A stretch of 64,000 nt of DNA from Epilithonimonas sp. Its GTDB lineage: Bacteria > Bacteroidota > Bacteroidia > Flavobacteriales > Weeksellaceae. The stretch is taken from NCBI RefSeq assembly GCF_036780765.1, contig NZ_DAIQCG010000007.1, positions 55,217 through 119,216 of the forward strand, read 5' to 3'. Of the stretch, positions 9,351-19,002 are shown one piece after another; within the stretch, counting starts at the first letter, position 1; every line of letters starts with the position of its first letter. Both the position numbers and the translations under genes were made by a program. The notes beneath the pieces were generated by a model. It ran no database searches, had not been told where the DNA came from, and saw only the letters and a list, made by a program, of their open reading frames with translations.

Positions 9351-12263
9351 TTAATATCCAAAAATCTCTTCAAGACTTACTTCTTGGAACTCTCCCATTT
9401 TGTTGACAGACTCCATATTCAGGTTTTCTTTTTTACCAATGATTGCTGTGTTGTATTGCAACGGTTTGATTTCGGTGTTGTAGAAATTGGTTAATTGAGG
9501 CAATGTCAAAGATTGGATCTCTGCATAGATATCTTTTCTCACATCGTGATCAATTCCTAATTTTTTCAAAGATAACTGGTTGTAATAAGTCACCGTTCTG
9601 TTGATTCTACTAGATGCAATTTGTTTAAGAGCTGATCCTTTTGCATTTTCGAACTGAGCTGGAATCTGCGGAAGCTCTGCCATCAATTCAGACATTGCAG
9701 AAACTGCTAAAGGCAATTTGTTCGCCTGAGTTCCGATATAAGTTGTTACATAATTCGGATGGTTTTTCTCAGTCGCATTAGCATAAGAAACGTAAGCTGA
9801 ATAAGCTAAAGACTTACTTTCTCTAATTTCCTGGAAAACGATTGAAGACAATCCACGTCCAAAATACTCATTGAAAACACTTGCTTTTCCGAAGTTCGCT
9901 ACGTTTACATTACCAGCTTTCGCAACTTTAGACATTTCCATTTGTACCATATCGTATGGCGTGAAATAGACTTTGCCAGCAGTTGCAGGTTCAGCATATT
10001 CTTTGGCAGTTGCAGGTTTTAATTTTGCATTAACGATGTAAGGCTTCACAGCTTTCTCCAATCCTTTCTGATCTTCTCCATAAAGGAAAACTTCGTAAGG
10101 ATATTCGTTCAATGTTTTGATTTTAGAAATCAATTCGGTAACGTTGATGCTTTTCAAACGGTCTTTAGAAATCACATCCGTCATTCTGGAGTCTTTACCA
10201 AACTTAGCATAGTTCGCCAAAGCAGCCATAATTCTGTTTTTGTCCTTCTTCGCAACTTCTCTGGATTCCAAAATGGTGTTAACTGTTTGGTCGTAAATTG
10301 CTTGATCTGCTTTCACATTATTAATCCAATGATTCATTAGCTCTACGCCTTTTTTCATATTGCTTTCCAATCCGCTTAGTGCAATAATCATTTGGTCATT
10401 AGAGGTTCTGAATTGATTCGTGATTCCCAGTTTGTAGAATTCTTCCTTCAACTGTTCTGGCGTATATTTATCCGTTCCAAGATACTGAAGAACTGTTACA
10501 CCAAGTGCCAATTCTTTGTCATTATCTGTTCCGAAAGGGAAAACATAATTCACCTGAGCCACTTCATTGTATTTATTTTTAATGAAGCTTACTTTTTTAT
10601 CTTTGATCGTTGAAGTTGCAATAGCCGTTTTGAAATCAACAAACTCTGGTTTGATGTCAGAAGATTTTGTATTGATAATATCTTTCAGGAAAGGCGATTG
10701 CGCTTCTCTGTTCAATTTGATTGGCGTGATTCCTGGGTTTTCTACACGAACCAGTTTATCATTCACACCTTTTTCTTTGTAAACAACTACGTAATTATCC
10801 TTAAAGAAATCGTTAGCAAATTTCACAACATCCGCTTTAGAAATCGCTTCGTATTGGTTGATTTCGTCCAGTTCCTGCTCCCAAGTTCTGTTCCCGATGT
10901 AAGTCGAATACAATGTTGTAGCCAATCCATCAGCCGTTTCCCATCGTTTCATTCTCTGAACTTTCAAGTCGTTCACGATAGCATTTAGCATCCAGTCTGG
11001 GAATTGTCCTTTTTTAACCAAATCAATTTGTTCTAATAACAATTTCTTAGCTTCATCAAAGCTTTGCCCATCTTTTGGTACAACACTTAAAACAAATGCA
11101 CCATAATTTTTGAAAGGAGATTCATAAGCACCAGCACCTAAGGTTTTTTGTTTTTGATTGATGTTAAGGTCAATCAAACCTGCATCTCCACTGTTACTCA
11201 AGATTTCAGCAACCACATCAGCCAATCTTGCTTCTTGAGTTCCGTTAGAATCTGTTCTCCAAGCCATTGTCATTCTTGGTGTAGAAGGACTTTTCACAGT
11301 TCTGGAAACGATGCTTGTCATTGGTTCTTCAGAAACCATTTTCTTCATGGGTAATTCTTTGTACTTGAATGCTCCAAAGTACTGATCTACCAATTTAATA
11401 GTCTTGTCAAAATCCAAATCTCCAACCAAAACTACCGCCATATTATTAGGCACATAGTAAGTATCGAAATATTTATGAATCGCTACCATAGAAGGACTTT
11501 TCAAATGCTCCGAAGTACCGATTGTCGTTTGCTGACCATTTGGATGTTTTGGGAAAAGCGCTTCCATCATTGCATAATTCACTAATCTTCCATCATTATC
11601 CTGAGCACGGTTGTACTCTTCGTAAACCGCTTCCAATTCGGTGTGGAATAATCTTAAAACCAATTCAGAAAAACGCTCGTGTTCAACTTTAAGCCATTTT
11701 TCCAATTCGTTGGATGGGATATTGTTTTTGTAAACCGTTTCGTCTAACCAAGTGTGAGCGTTAGTTCCGGTTGCCCCAAGAGAAGAGATCGCCTTATCAT
11801 ATTCGTTAGCGATGGCATATTTAGAAGCTTCTTGAGAGACTTCATCAATTTTCTTATATATTGCTTTTTTCTTTGCAGGATCTTTTTCAGCTTTGTGCTG
11901 TTCGTATAGATCTGAGATTTGCGTGAGCATTGCTTTTTCCTTAGCCCAATCGCTGGTTCCTAACTTTGACGTTCCCTTGAAAACCATATGTTCCAAGTAA
12001 TGTGCTAAACCTGTATTATCGCTTGGATCATTATTAGAACCGGTTCTTACAGGGATGTAAGTCTGGATTCTTGGCGCATCATCATTTTTAGCTAAATAGA
12101 CTTTTAGTCCGTTTTTTAGTGTATAAACTCGTACGCCAGATTGGTCATTTTTTACGGTTTCGTAAGTATAACCTTGCTTATCTGTAGAGCTTTGTGTTTC
12201 AAATTTCTGTGCCATTGCATTCATCATTAATAATAGTGAAACTGAAATAAATATTTTCTTCAT
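9351..12263 (-). CDS. M16 (pitrilysin/insulinase) family zinc peptidase, double-unit secreted form
   Basis: 970 aa with a signal peptide. Carries the inverted zinc motif HYLEHMVFKG (HxxEH). Confidence 0.9.
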   Translation of the reverse strand: MKKIFISVSLLLMMNAMAQKFETQSSTDKQGYTYETVKNDQSGVRVYTLKNGLKVYLAKNDDAPRIQTYIPVRTGSNNDPSDNTGLAHYLEHMVFKGTSKLGTSDWAKEKAMLTQISDLYEQHKAEKDPAKKKAIYKKIDEVSQEASKYAIANEYDKAISSLGATGTNAHTWLDETVYKNNIPSNELEKWLKVEHERFSELVLRLFHTELEAVYEEYNRAQDNDGRLVNYAMMEALFPKHPNGQQTTIGTSEHLKSPSMVAIHKYFDTYYVPNNMAVVLVGDLDFDKTIKLVDQYFGAFKYKELPMKKMVSEEPMTSIVSRTVKSPSTPRMTMAWRTDSNGTQEARLADVVAEILSNSGDAGLIDLNINQKQKTLGAGAYESPFKNYGAFVLSVVPKDGQSFDEAKKLLLEQIDLVKKGQFPDWMLNAIVNDLKVQRMKRWETADGLATTLYSTYIGNRTWEQELDEINQYEAISKADVVKFANDFFKDNYVVVYKEKGVNDKLVRVENPGITPIKLNREAQSPFLKDIINTKSSDIKPEFVDFKTAIATSTIKDKKVSFIKNKYNEVAQVNYVFPFGTDNDKELALGVTVLQYLGTDKYTPEQLKEEFYKLGITNQFRTSNDQMIIALSGLESNMKKGVELMNHWINNVKADQAIYDQTVNTILESREVAKKDKNRIMAALANYAKFGKDSRMTDVISKDRLKSINVTELISKIKTLNEYPYEVFLYGEDQKGLEKAVKPYIVNAKLKPATAKEYAEPATAGKVYFTPYDMVQMEMSKVAKAGNVNVANFGKASVFNEYFGRGLSSIVFQEIRESKSLAYSAYVSYANATEKNHPNYVTTYIGTQANKLPLAVSAMSELMAELPQIPAQFENAKGSALKQIASSRINRTVTYYNQLSLKKLGIDHDVRKDIYAEIQSLTLPQLTNFYNTEIKPLQYNTAIIGKKENLNMESVNKMGEFQEVSLEEIFGY

Positions 12264-12346
12264 AGTAAACTTTTATTTTTTCGGAGCGTAATTTACGCAA
12301 CATTTCATTAGTCACAACGAATTCAGTATTGTTACTTTGATAGAAA

Positions 12347-12375
12347 ATAAAAAAAAGCACAGAAAAAATCTGTGC
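12347..12375 (-). terminator. Intrinsic terminator after the DJ-1/PfpI gene
   Basis: Stem gcacag/ctgtgc (12357-12375) followed on the minus strand by a long T-run. Confidence 0.65.
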
Positions 12376-12400
12376 CTCTTTACCTATTCTGTGGATTTTG

Positions 12401-13078
12401 TTATAACATCTTAAGAAGTTCTTCCGCTACTTTCTCGGAAGATGCTGGATTTTGTCCGGTAATTAACTTACCATCCACTACAGCGTAAGGTTGCCAATCT
12501 TCCACTTTGCTATATTCTCCGCCGTTCTGTTTTAGCATATCTTCTACCAAAAATGGAACTACATCAGTAAGCTTTACAGCTTCTTCTTCTGTATTGGTGA
12601 AGCCGGTTACTTTTTTACCATTTACGAGATATTCCCCATCGATTTGTACGTGTCTCAAAACACCTGGCGCGTGACAAACAAATGCCACAGGTTTGTCTGA
12701 TTTATAAAAATCTGTGATTAATTGCTGAGAAATTTTATCTTCTGCAAGATCCCAAAGTGGTCCGTGACCGCCTGGATAAAACACCGCATCATAATCAGCA
12801 GGATTAATTTCTGATAAAACTTTTGTATTACGAAGCTTCTCTTGTAATACTTTATCATCATCCATTCTTCTAGTAGCATCTGTTTGCGCAGACGGATCCT
12901 CACTTTTCGGGTCTATAGGCGGCTGTCCTCCTTTTGGAGTTACGATGGTAATTTCCGCACCTTGATCCACTAATACGTAGTATGGTGCTGCTAGTTCTTC
13001 TGTCCAGAATCCTGTTTTAAGTCCTGTGTTTCCAAGATCTTCGTGACTTGTTACCACGAATAATATTTTTTTGTCCAT
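12401..13078 (-). CDS. DJ-1/PfpI family type 1 glutamine amidotransferase-like protein
   Basis: Nucleophile-elbow region VAFVCHAPGVL. I place the start at the internal Met (MDKKILFVVTSHEDLG, 13078) rather than the track start at 13135. Confidence 0.8.
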   Translation of the reverse strand: MDKKILFVVTSHEDLGNTGLKTGFWTEELAAPYYVLVDQGAEITIVTPKGGQPPIDPKSEDPSAQTDATRRMDDDKVLQEKLRNTKVLSEINPADYDAVFYPGGHGPLWDLAEDKISQQLITDFYKSDKPVAFVCHAPGVLRHVQIDGEYLVNGKKVTGFTNTEEEAVKLTDVVPFLVEDMLKQNGGEYSKVEDWQPYAVVDGKLITGQNPASSEKVAEELLKML

Positions 13079-13171
13079 TTTAATAATTTTTAAAATTTGA
13101 TAAGACAAAATTGAGCCAAACGCCATTAAAAACACAGGACATAAGTCACAAAATCATAGTGACGCAGGTCA

Positions 13172-13738
13172 CTATTTTCGAGTAATACGGCTCAAGGTCT
13201 CTCTGGAAACACCGAGATAGGAAGCTATGATAGTTTTGGGAACACGCTGGATAAGCTTCGGATATTGAGCGGAAAATTGCTCAAACCGTTCTTTAGCATC
13301 GGTGGTCAACAAGGACAGAATTCTTTTCTGCAATGCCACATAACCCAAACTGTTTTTGATTCTGAAAAAATGCTCAACTTTGTGATTGTCTAAGCAAATC
13401 TTTTCCAAATCATCTTTGGAAATCGCATACAATTCCACATCTTCCAGACAATGGATGCTCGTAACCGACGGCACGCCAGTATAAAACGCCTGAAAATCCG
13501 AAATCCACCAGTTTTCAATAGCGAATTGGATGATATGTTCCTTTCCGTGGTTATCTATGTAAGAAGCCTTGAGCAGACCTTTGGTAACAAAGTAAATATT
13601 GATAATAGGCTCGTTCTCCTGAATCAGATATTGGTGTTTCTTCAGTTTTCTCAACTTAAAATAAGAAGCGAGCGTTGCAAACTCCTCGTCTGATAACGTT
13701 ATCAATTCCTCAAAATGTTTCCTTAGTTCCAAACTCAT
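13172..13738 (-). CDS. Crp/Fnr family transcriptional regulator
   Basis: 188 aa. N-terminal cNMP-binding beta-barrel and C-terminal HTH (IASYLGVSRETLSRI). Confidence 0.85.
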   Translation of the reverse strand: MSLELRKHFEELITLSDEEFATLASYFKLRKLKKHQYLIQENEPIINIYFVTKGLLKASYIDNHGKEHIIQFAIENWWISDFQAFYTGVPSVTSIHCLEDVELYAISKDDLEKICLDNHKVEHFFRIKNSLGYVALQKRILSLLTTDAKERFEQFSAQYPKLIQRVPKTIIASYLGVSRETLSRITRK

Positions 13739-13812
13739 TAGTGTTGCTTTGAAGGTAGAAGCTTTAAATTGTTAATTAAAGTTAAAAAATAAAGCTGATG
13801 ATTGCTTATCAT

Positions 13813-14847
13813 TTATATCACACTCAAAAAAGCCATTGTATCCACATTATCTGCATAAGTATCCAAAGAAGGATTTTGCGTTTCTCCAAAACCAATCGAT
13901 TCTAATCCCAATTCTGGTTTTGCAACAACAGTTTGGATTTCGTCTTTGTTGGTTTCTACAAATTGCTTCACTTCTTCCAAAGTTTCATAACGAGAAAAAT
14001 TAATCACAGATAAGGGACTAAATAACTTCTCGTCTTCCTTCAACATTACAAAATTATTATCCCAGAACTGGTCTTGATTCAAAAGGTAAATAGCTCTATT
14101 GTAGTCGTAGTTGTTCGCATATTTGTTATGATTGATAACGTCTTTGTAATTGATGAAATTTTCAAACAATTTATCCAATTTCATATCATTTGGAATCAGA
14201 ATTCGGGTAACATTTCTACATCCTAATCCATAATATCGGAAAATATCATTGGCTAACAATTGTAATTCTGCATCAGATTCATCGCCTTTCAAAACTGCAA
14301 CAGAAGTTCTGTTTTTTCTTATGATACTTAAATTATCTTTGAAATAATATTCCAAATATCTTGCAGTATTATTACTTCCAGTTGCAATCACAGCATCAAA
14401 GTTTTCTAACTTTTCTACGATGTGATATTCAATTTCGTTATTAGAAAATTGATTCCATAATTCTAACAAAAAAGGTAAAACCAATCGGTCTTTTGACGAT
14501 AATTTGATGACAGGAATATGATTACTTAAAATTACTGAAATAATATCATGAAACCCAACCAAAGGGATATTGCCAGCCAATATCAATCCTACTCTTTTGG
14601 ATGAGTTTGATAATTGATATTTAGAAAGCCAATTTTCAATATTTTCTTTAGTGAAGAGACTTGCCCATTGCTCCAAGTTATATCTTTGATTCTCTTGTGT
14701 GAACCACGGATTTTCGATCTCAGAACGCTTCATCAGATAAGCCAATCGCTCCTCTTTTTCATTGTAATGCTCATCATCATTTTTAAGGAAATTTTGGATA
14801 AATTCTCCTAACTTTTCGAGTCCTGAAATTTTGTATTCGTTCAGCAT
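13813..14847 (-). CDS. LuxC-like acyl-CoA reductase
   Basis: LILAGNIPLVGFHDIISVILS and GLGCRNV fit the flavobacterial acyl-CoA reductase family. Start placed at Met41 (MLNEYKISGLEKLG); the longer track ORF overlaps the divergent ferredoxin gene. Confidence 0.7.
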   Translation of the reverse strand: MLNEYKISGLEKLGEFIQNFLKNDDEHYNEKEERLAYLMKRSEIENPWFTQENQRYNLEQWASLFTKENIENWLSKYQLSNSSKRVGLILAGNIPLVGFHDIISVILSNHIPVIKLSSKDRLVLPFLLELWNQFSNNEIEYHIVEKLENFDAVIATGSNNTARYLEYYFKDNLSIIRKNRTSVAVLKGDESDAELQLLANDIFRYYGLGCRNVTRILIPNDMKLDKLFENFINYKDVINHNKYANNYDYNRAIYLLNQDQFWDNNFVMLKEDEKLFSPLSVINFSRYETLEEVKQFVETNKDEIQTVVAKPELGLESIGFGETQNPSLDTYADNVDTMAFLSVI

Positions 14848-14896
14848 AGCTGGCTTTTTTTTTGTAATTTTGTGCAAAATTAAAAATAAAATAGCA

Positions 14897-15247
14897 ATGG
14901 CTATCAAGATAACAGACGAATGTATTAATTGTGGCGCTTGTGAACCGGAATGTCCAAACAACGCCATCTATGAAGGAGCAGTAGATTGGAAAGCATCAGA
15001 AGGAACAGCACTGAAAGGAATGGTGGTTTTGTCATCCGGTCTTTCCGTGAATGCGGATGCCGCACAGGAACCCGTTAGTGATGATTATTACTTTATAGTT
15101 ACAGATAAATGTACCGAATGTAAAGGTTTCCACGAGGAGCCACAATGTGCCGCTGTTTGCCCTGTTGACTGCTGTGTTCCAGATGAAGATCATGTAGAAA
15201 CAGAAGAAGAATTATTAGCAAAAAAAGCTTTTCTTCATAACGAGTAG
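14897..15247 (+). CDS. 4Fe-4S dicluster ferredoxin
   Basis: Two cluster motifs: CINCGACEPECP, and CTECKGFHEEPQCAAVCP. Start placed at MAIKITDECINCG. Confidence 0.85.
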   Translation: MAIKITDECINCGACEPECPNNAIYEGAVDWKASEGTALKGMVVLSSGLSVNADAAQEPVSDDYYFIVTDKCTECKGFHEEPQCAAVCPVDCCVPDEDHVETEEELLAKKAFLHNE

Positions 15248-15370
15248 TTAGAAGTTGGACGACCGAAGATTGCAATTCGACAATGCATTTTCTTAAATTT
15301 CTAATCCTGAAAACATAATATTAAAAACCTCCGTCTTCCATCATTGGACATCGGACAAAAAAATAAATAA

Positions 15371-16426
15371 ATGAAAAAACATAATTTTAGCGCAGGTCCT
15401 AGTATTCTTCCTCAAGAAGTTTTTCAGAAAGCATCAGAAGCCATTCTTGATTTCAACGGAATTGGTTTATCTCTTTTGGAGATTTCGCACAGAAGCAAAG
15501 ATTTTGTTGCTGTGATGGACGAGGCTCGTGCTATTGTAAAAAGATTGATGAATCTTGGAGATGATTACGAAGTTCTATATCTCCAAGGTGGAGCAAGTCT
15601 TCAATTCCTGATGGTTCCTTACAATCTTTTGTCTGTTGATGGAAAAGCAGCTTATACTAATACAGGAACTTGGGCATCTGGTGCTATAAAGGAGGCTAAA
15701 ATGATTGGTAATGTAGATGTTGTGGCTTCTTCCAAAGAATCTAATTATAATTATATTCCAAAAGATTTTACAGTAGGTTCAGAGTACGATTATTTCCACT
15801 GTACCTCTAACAATACAATTTTCGGAACTCAGATGAAATCTTTTCCAAAAGTAGATACGCTTTTGGTTTGCGATATGTCTTCTGATATTTTCAGCAGAGA
15901 ATTGGATTTTTCTCAATTTGATTTGATTTATGCAGGTGCTCAAAAAAATATGGGTCCAGCTGGAGCGACGTTGGTTGTGGTTAAAAAATCAATTCTTGGA
16001 AAAACAGGAAGAACTATTCCAACTTATTTGGATTATGCGGTTCATATCGATAAAGAATCTATGTCCAATACACCTCCTGTTTTTGCAGTTTATGCTTCTT
16101 ATTTGACTTTAAAACATTTGGAAGAAAATGGCGGAATTGCTGCTGCTGAAGCTAAAAATAATGCAAAAGCTAAATTGCTTTATGACGAGATTGATAACAA
16201 TCCAAATTTCCAAGGTGTAGCAGCTGTAGAAGACCGTTCTTTTATGAATGTAACTTTCACTTTGACAGATGAGTCTAAGCAAGAAGCTTTTGACGCCGCT
16301 TGGAAAGCAGCAGGAATCAGCGGACTGAACGGACACAGAAGTGTGGGCGGTTACAGAGCAAGTATCTACAACGCAATGCCTATTGAAAGCGTACAAGTTT
16401 TAGTAGATGTGATGAAGAGTATCTAA
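15371..16426 (+). CDS. serC: Phosphoserine aminotransferase
   Basis: 351 aa. MKKHNFSAGPSILP N-terminus and the GAQKNMGPAG PLP-lysine region. Confidence 0.9.
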   Translation: MKKHNFSAGPSILPQEVFQKASEAILDFNGIGLSLLEISHRSKDFVAVMDEARAIVKRLMNLGDDYEVLYLQGGASLQFLMVPYNLLSVDGKAAYTNTGTWASGAIKEAKMIGNVDVVASSKESNYNYIPKDFTVGSEYDYFHCTSNNTIFGTQMKSFPKVDTLLVCDMSSDIFSRELDFSQFDLIYAGAQKNMGPAGATLVVVKKSILGKTGRTIPTYLDYAVHIDKESMSNTPPVFAVYASYLTLKHLEENGGIAAAEAKNNAKAKLLYDEIDNNPNFQGVAAVEDRSFMNVTFTLTDESKQEAFDAAWKAAGISGLNGHRSVGGYRASIYNAMPIESVQVLVDVMKSI

Positions 16427-16450
16427 TCTCTTTTCTATTTATAAATCAGA

Positions 16451-16481
16451 AACGTCCTTGTTAATTCAGGACGTTTTTTTG
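16451..16481 (+). terminator. Hairpin plus T-run between serC and serA
   Basis: Stem aacgtcc/ggacgtt followed by 7 T. Confidence 0.55.
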
Positions 16482-16587
16482 TTAATATAATGTTAATCAC
16501 AAGAAAAAATCGTATCTTAGCCAACCTTGAATTTTAACTCAAACAAGTCGAGGAAACTCAATAACTAAAGGATTTTTGAATTAAACA

Positions 16588-17544
16588 ATGATTGTATTAG
16601 CTAATGATGGAATCTCCGAAAAGGGAATTCAACTTTTGAAAGAAGCGGATATTACGGTTTTGGAAGCCAGAGTATCTCCGGAACATCTGAGCAAATTCAT
16701 CAATGACAACAATGTTGATGTTCTTTTGGTAAGAAGCGCAACTCAGGTAAGACAAAAGCTGATTGACGAATGTCCAAATCTCAAAATCATTGGTCGTGGC
16801 GGAATTGGAATGGATAATATTGATGTAGAATATGCTATTGACAAAGGTATCTACATCATCAATACACCAAAAGCATCTTGCAAATCTGTTGCGGAGTTGG
16901 TTTTCGCTCATTTCTTTTCATTAGCAAGATTCCTTCACGAGAGTAACAGATTGATGCCTTTGGAAGGAGAAACCAATTTCAATTCACTGAAAAAATCATT
17001 CAATAATGCGACTGAACTTTCTGGTAAAACCTTAGGTGTTATCGGAATGGGAAATATCGGAATTGAAGTGATTAAGATGGGGATTTCTCTTGGAATGAAA
17101 ATCTTAGCTTACAACAGAACACCCAAAACTGAGAAAGTTCAGCTTAGCTTTTTCGATGGTCAATCTTTGGATTTTGAAATTAAATCTGTAAATTTAGATG
17201 AAGTTTTAAAAAACTCAGATTTCATCAGCCTCAATACAGGACTTACAGATGGCTATTTGATTGATTCTAAAGAATTAGAACTAATGAAAGAAGGTGTTTT
17301 CATTGCTAATACAGCAAGAGGTGGTGTCATCAACGAAGTAGCTCTTTTAGATGCTATAGAAAGCGGAAAAGTCTATGGCGCTGCATTGGATGTTTTTGAA
17401 AAAGAGCCAACTCCTGAAGTATTAATTCTAATGAATCCTGCTCTTTCTCTTTCTCCTCACGTTGGTGGCAACACGATGGATGCCCAAAATAGAATTGGAG
17501 AAGAATTAGCACAACAAATTATAAAAATAAAAGCTCAACTATAA
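16588..17544 (+). CDS. serA: D-3-phosphoglycerate dehydrogenase / D-2-hydroxyacid dehydrogenase
   Basis: 318 aa. Has the NAD fold GVIGMGNIGIEV and sits next to serC. Confidence 0.8.
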   Translation: MIVLANDGISEKGIQLLKEADITVLEARVSPEHLSKFINDNNVDVLLVRSATQVRQKLIDECPNLKIIGRGGIGMDNIDVEYAIDKGIYIINTPKASCKSVAELVFAHFFSLARFLHESNRLMPLEGETNFNSLKKSFNNATELSGKTLGVIGMGNIGIEVIKMGISLGMKILAYNRTPKTEKVQLSFFDGQSLDFEIKSVNLDEVLKNSDFISLNTGLTDGYLIDSKELELMKEGVFIANTARGGVINEVALLDAIESGKVYGAALDVFEKEPTPEVLILMNPALSLSPHVGGNTMDAQNRIGEELAQQIIKIKAQL

Positions 17545-17547
17545 TAT

Positions 17548-18789
17548 ATGCCAGTATTTAAACCATTTAGAGGAATCAGACCAAATCCTGATTTTATTGA
17601 CGTCTTCCCTACTTATTCTTTGGATAATTTTACACAGGAAGAAATCAATAAAAAAGCACAGCAGGATGATTCTTATATCCAGATGATAAAGCCTGCGGTC
17701 GTAAGTAAATCCAAAGATGTTGATAGAAATCTGAGAAAGATAAGGTCTAACTTCGAAGAATTATTGGATGACAAAAAACTAACTCAAGACGATTCTGCTT
17801 ATTATTTATACGAACAAACGCTTCCAGATAAAACAAGTTTCAGAGGATTGATGGGCTTGGTAAGTGTAGATGATTTCTGGGAAGGAAAAATCAAAAAGCA
17901 CGAATCCACAATTACGGAAAGAAGAATGAAAATGGCGCATTACCTTGAAAAAGTGGGTGTACAAGCAGAGCCGGTTCTTTTAACTTATCATTCCAATTCT
18001 AAAGTCGAATTATTGATGAACCACGAACAAAAGAATGTTCCAATCATCAATTATACGGATGATAAAAAAGTTAGACACAAGATTTGGAGAATCGATAATA
18101 GATTGAAACTTCAACAGTTCAAAGAAGTTCTAGACCCAATCGATTCGTTTTATATTGCCGATGGACACCATAGAATTGGGTCTGTTGCAGAATATGCTAA
18201 AAAGCAAAGAGACAAGTATAAAAGATCTCATGGTACGGAACACTACAACTTTGTTTACAGTTTTATCGTTTCCAACCAGTCTATAAAAATCAACGATTAC
18301 AATCGTCTTCTTAAAGATATCAATGGTTTGTCTGATGAAGAGTTCCTTGAGAAACTAAGAGAAGATTTTCAGATTCACGAAAAAGGTGAAGAACCTTATT
18401 TCCCATCTCAAAAATTCCATATCAGTATGTATCTTGGTGGCAAATTTTACAGTTTGCACGTGAAGCACAACATCCGTGAGGAAAATAAAGATGGTAATGA
18501 CTTAGACCATCATTTGGTGGACAAATATATTTTCGAAAATATAATAGGAATCGAAAATGCGAAACGCACAGATAAAATCACTTATCTAAAAGGAACTTCT
18601 GACATCAACGGAATTGCAGAATTAAAAGAAAAAGTGGACAGCGGAGATTATAAAGTAGGTTTCGGAATCTATCCTATCAGTTTCTCAGACCTTCTGAAAA
18701 TTTCTGATAAAGAAATCAAAATGCCGCCAAAATGTACATTGATTGAACCTAAGTTAATTACGGCTTTGGTAATGTACGATATGAAATAG
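17548..18789 (+). CDS. DUF1015 domain-containing protein
   Basis: 413 aa. The MPVFKPFRGIRPN N-terminus and IADGHHRIGS are characteristic of DUF1015. Starts 3 nt after the serA stop. Confidence 0.75.
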   Translation: MPVFKPFRGIRPNPDFIDVFPTYSLDNFTQEEINKKAQQDDSYIQMIKPAVVSKSKDVDRNLRKIRSNFEELLDDKKLTQDDSAYYLYEQTLPDKTSFRGLMGLVSVDDFWEGKIKKHESTITERRMKMAHYLEKVGVQAEPVLLTYHSNSKVELLMNHEQKNVPIINYTDDKKVRHKIWRIDNRLKLQQFKEVLDPIDSFYIADGHHRIGSVAEYAKKQRDKYKRSHGTEHYNFVYSFIVSNQSIKINDYNRLLKDINGLSDEEFLEKLREDFQIHEKGEEPYFPSQKFHISMYLGGKFYSLHVKHNIREENKDGNDLDHHLVDKYIFENIIGIENAKRTDKITYLKGTSDINGIAELKEKVDSGDYKVGFGIYPISFSDLLKISDKEIKMPPKCTLIEPKLITALVMYDMK

Positions 18790-18809
18790 ATTTCTACAAT
18801 CTCAATGTA

Positions 18810-18837
18810 AAGGTGACGGTTTTTGTCACCTTTTTTA
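18810..18837 (+). terminator. Intrinsic terminator
   Basis: Stem aggtgac/gtcacct followed by a T-run. Confidence 0.65.
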
Positions 18838-19002
18838 TTTTCTACATCATATTATTATTAAAATTTATCATTTGAAATTCAGACTATTAAATCATTTTCT
18901 ACGGAAAGCGACTTAACATAATTATAAAATTAACATTAATTAATTTTAATGTCTATCTTTACTTTTTAAAACACAAAAGATATATCTAATTAACAATTAA
19001 AT

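Noticed and set aside
13079-13135. N-terminal extensions in the track ORFs for the DJ-1/PfpI gene (13079-13135), the acyl-CoA reductase (14848-14967), the ferredoxin (14831-14896), tpx (34768-34857), the NUDIX gene (25350-25400) and the thioesterase (59871-59891).
   Set aside because: The extensions are non-conserved-looking sequence that overlaps neighbouring genes or promoters. Internal Met codons give N-termini that match the family patterns, so the shorter coordinates were used.
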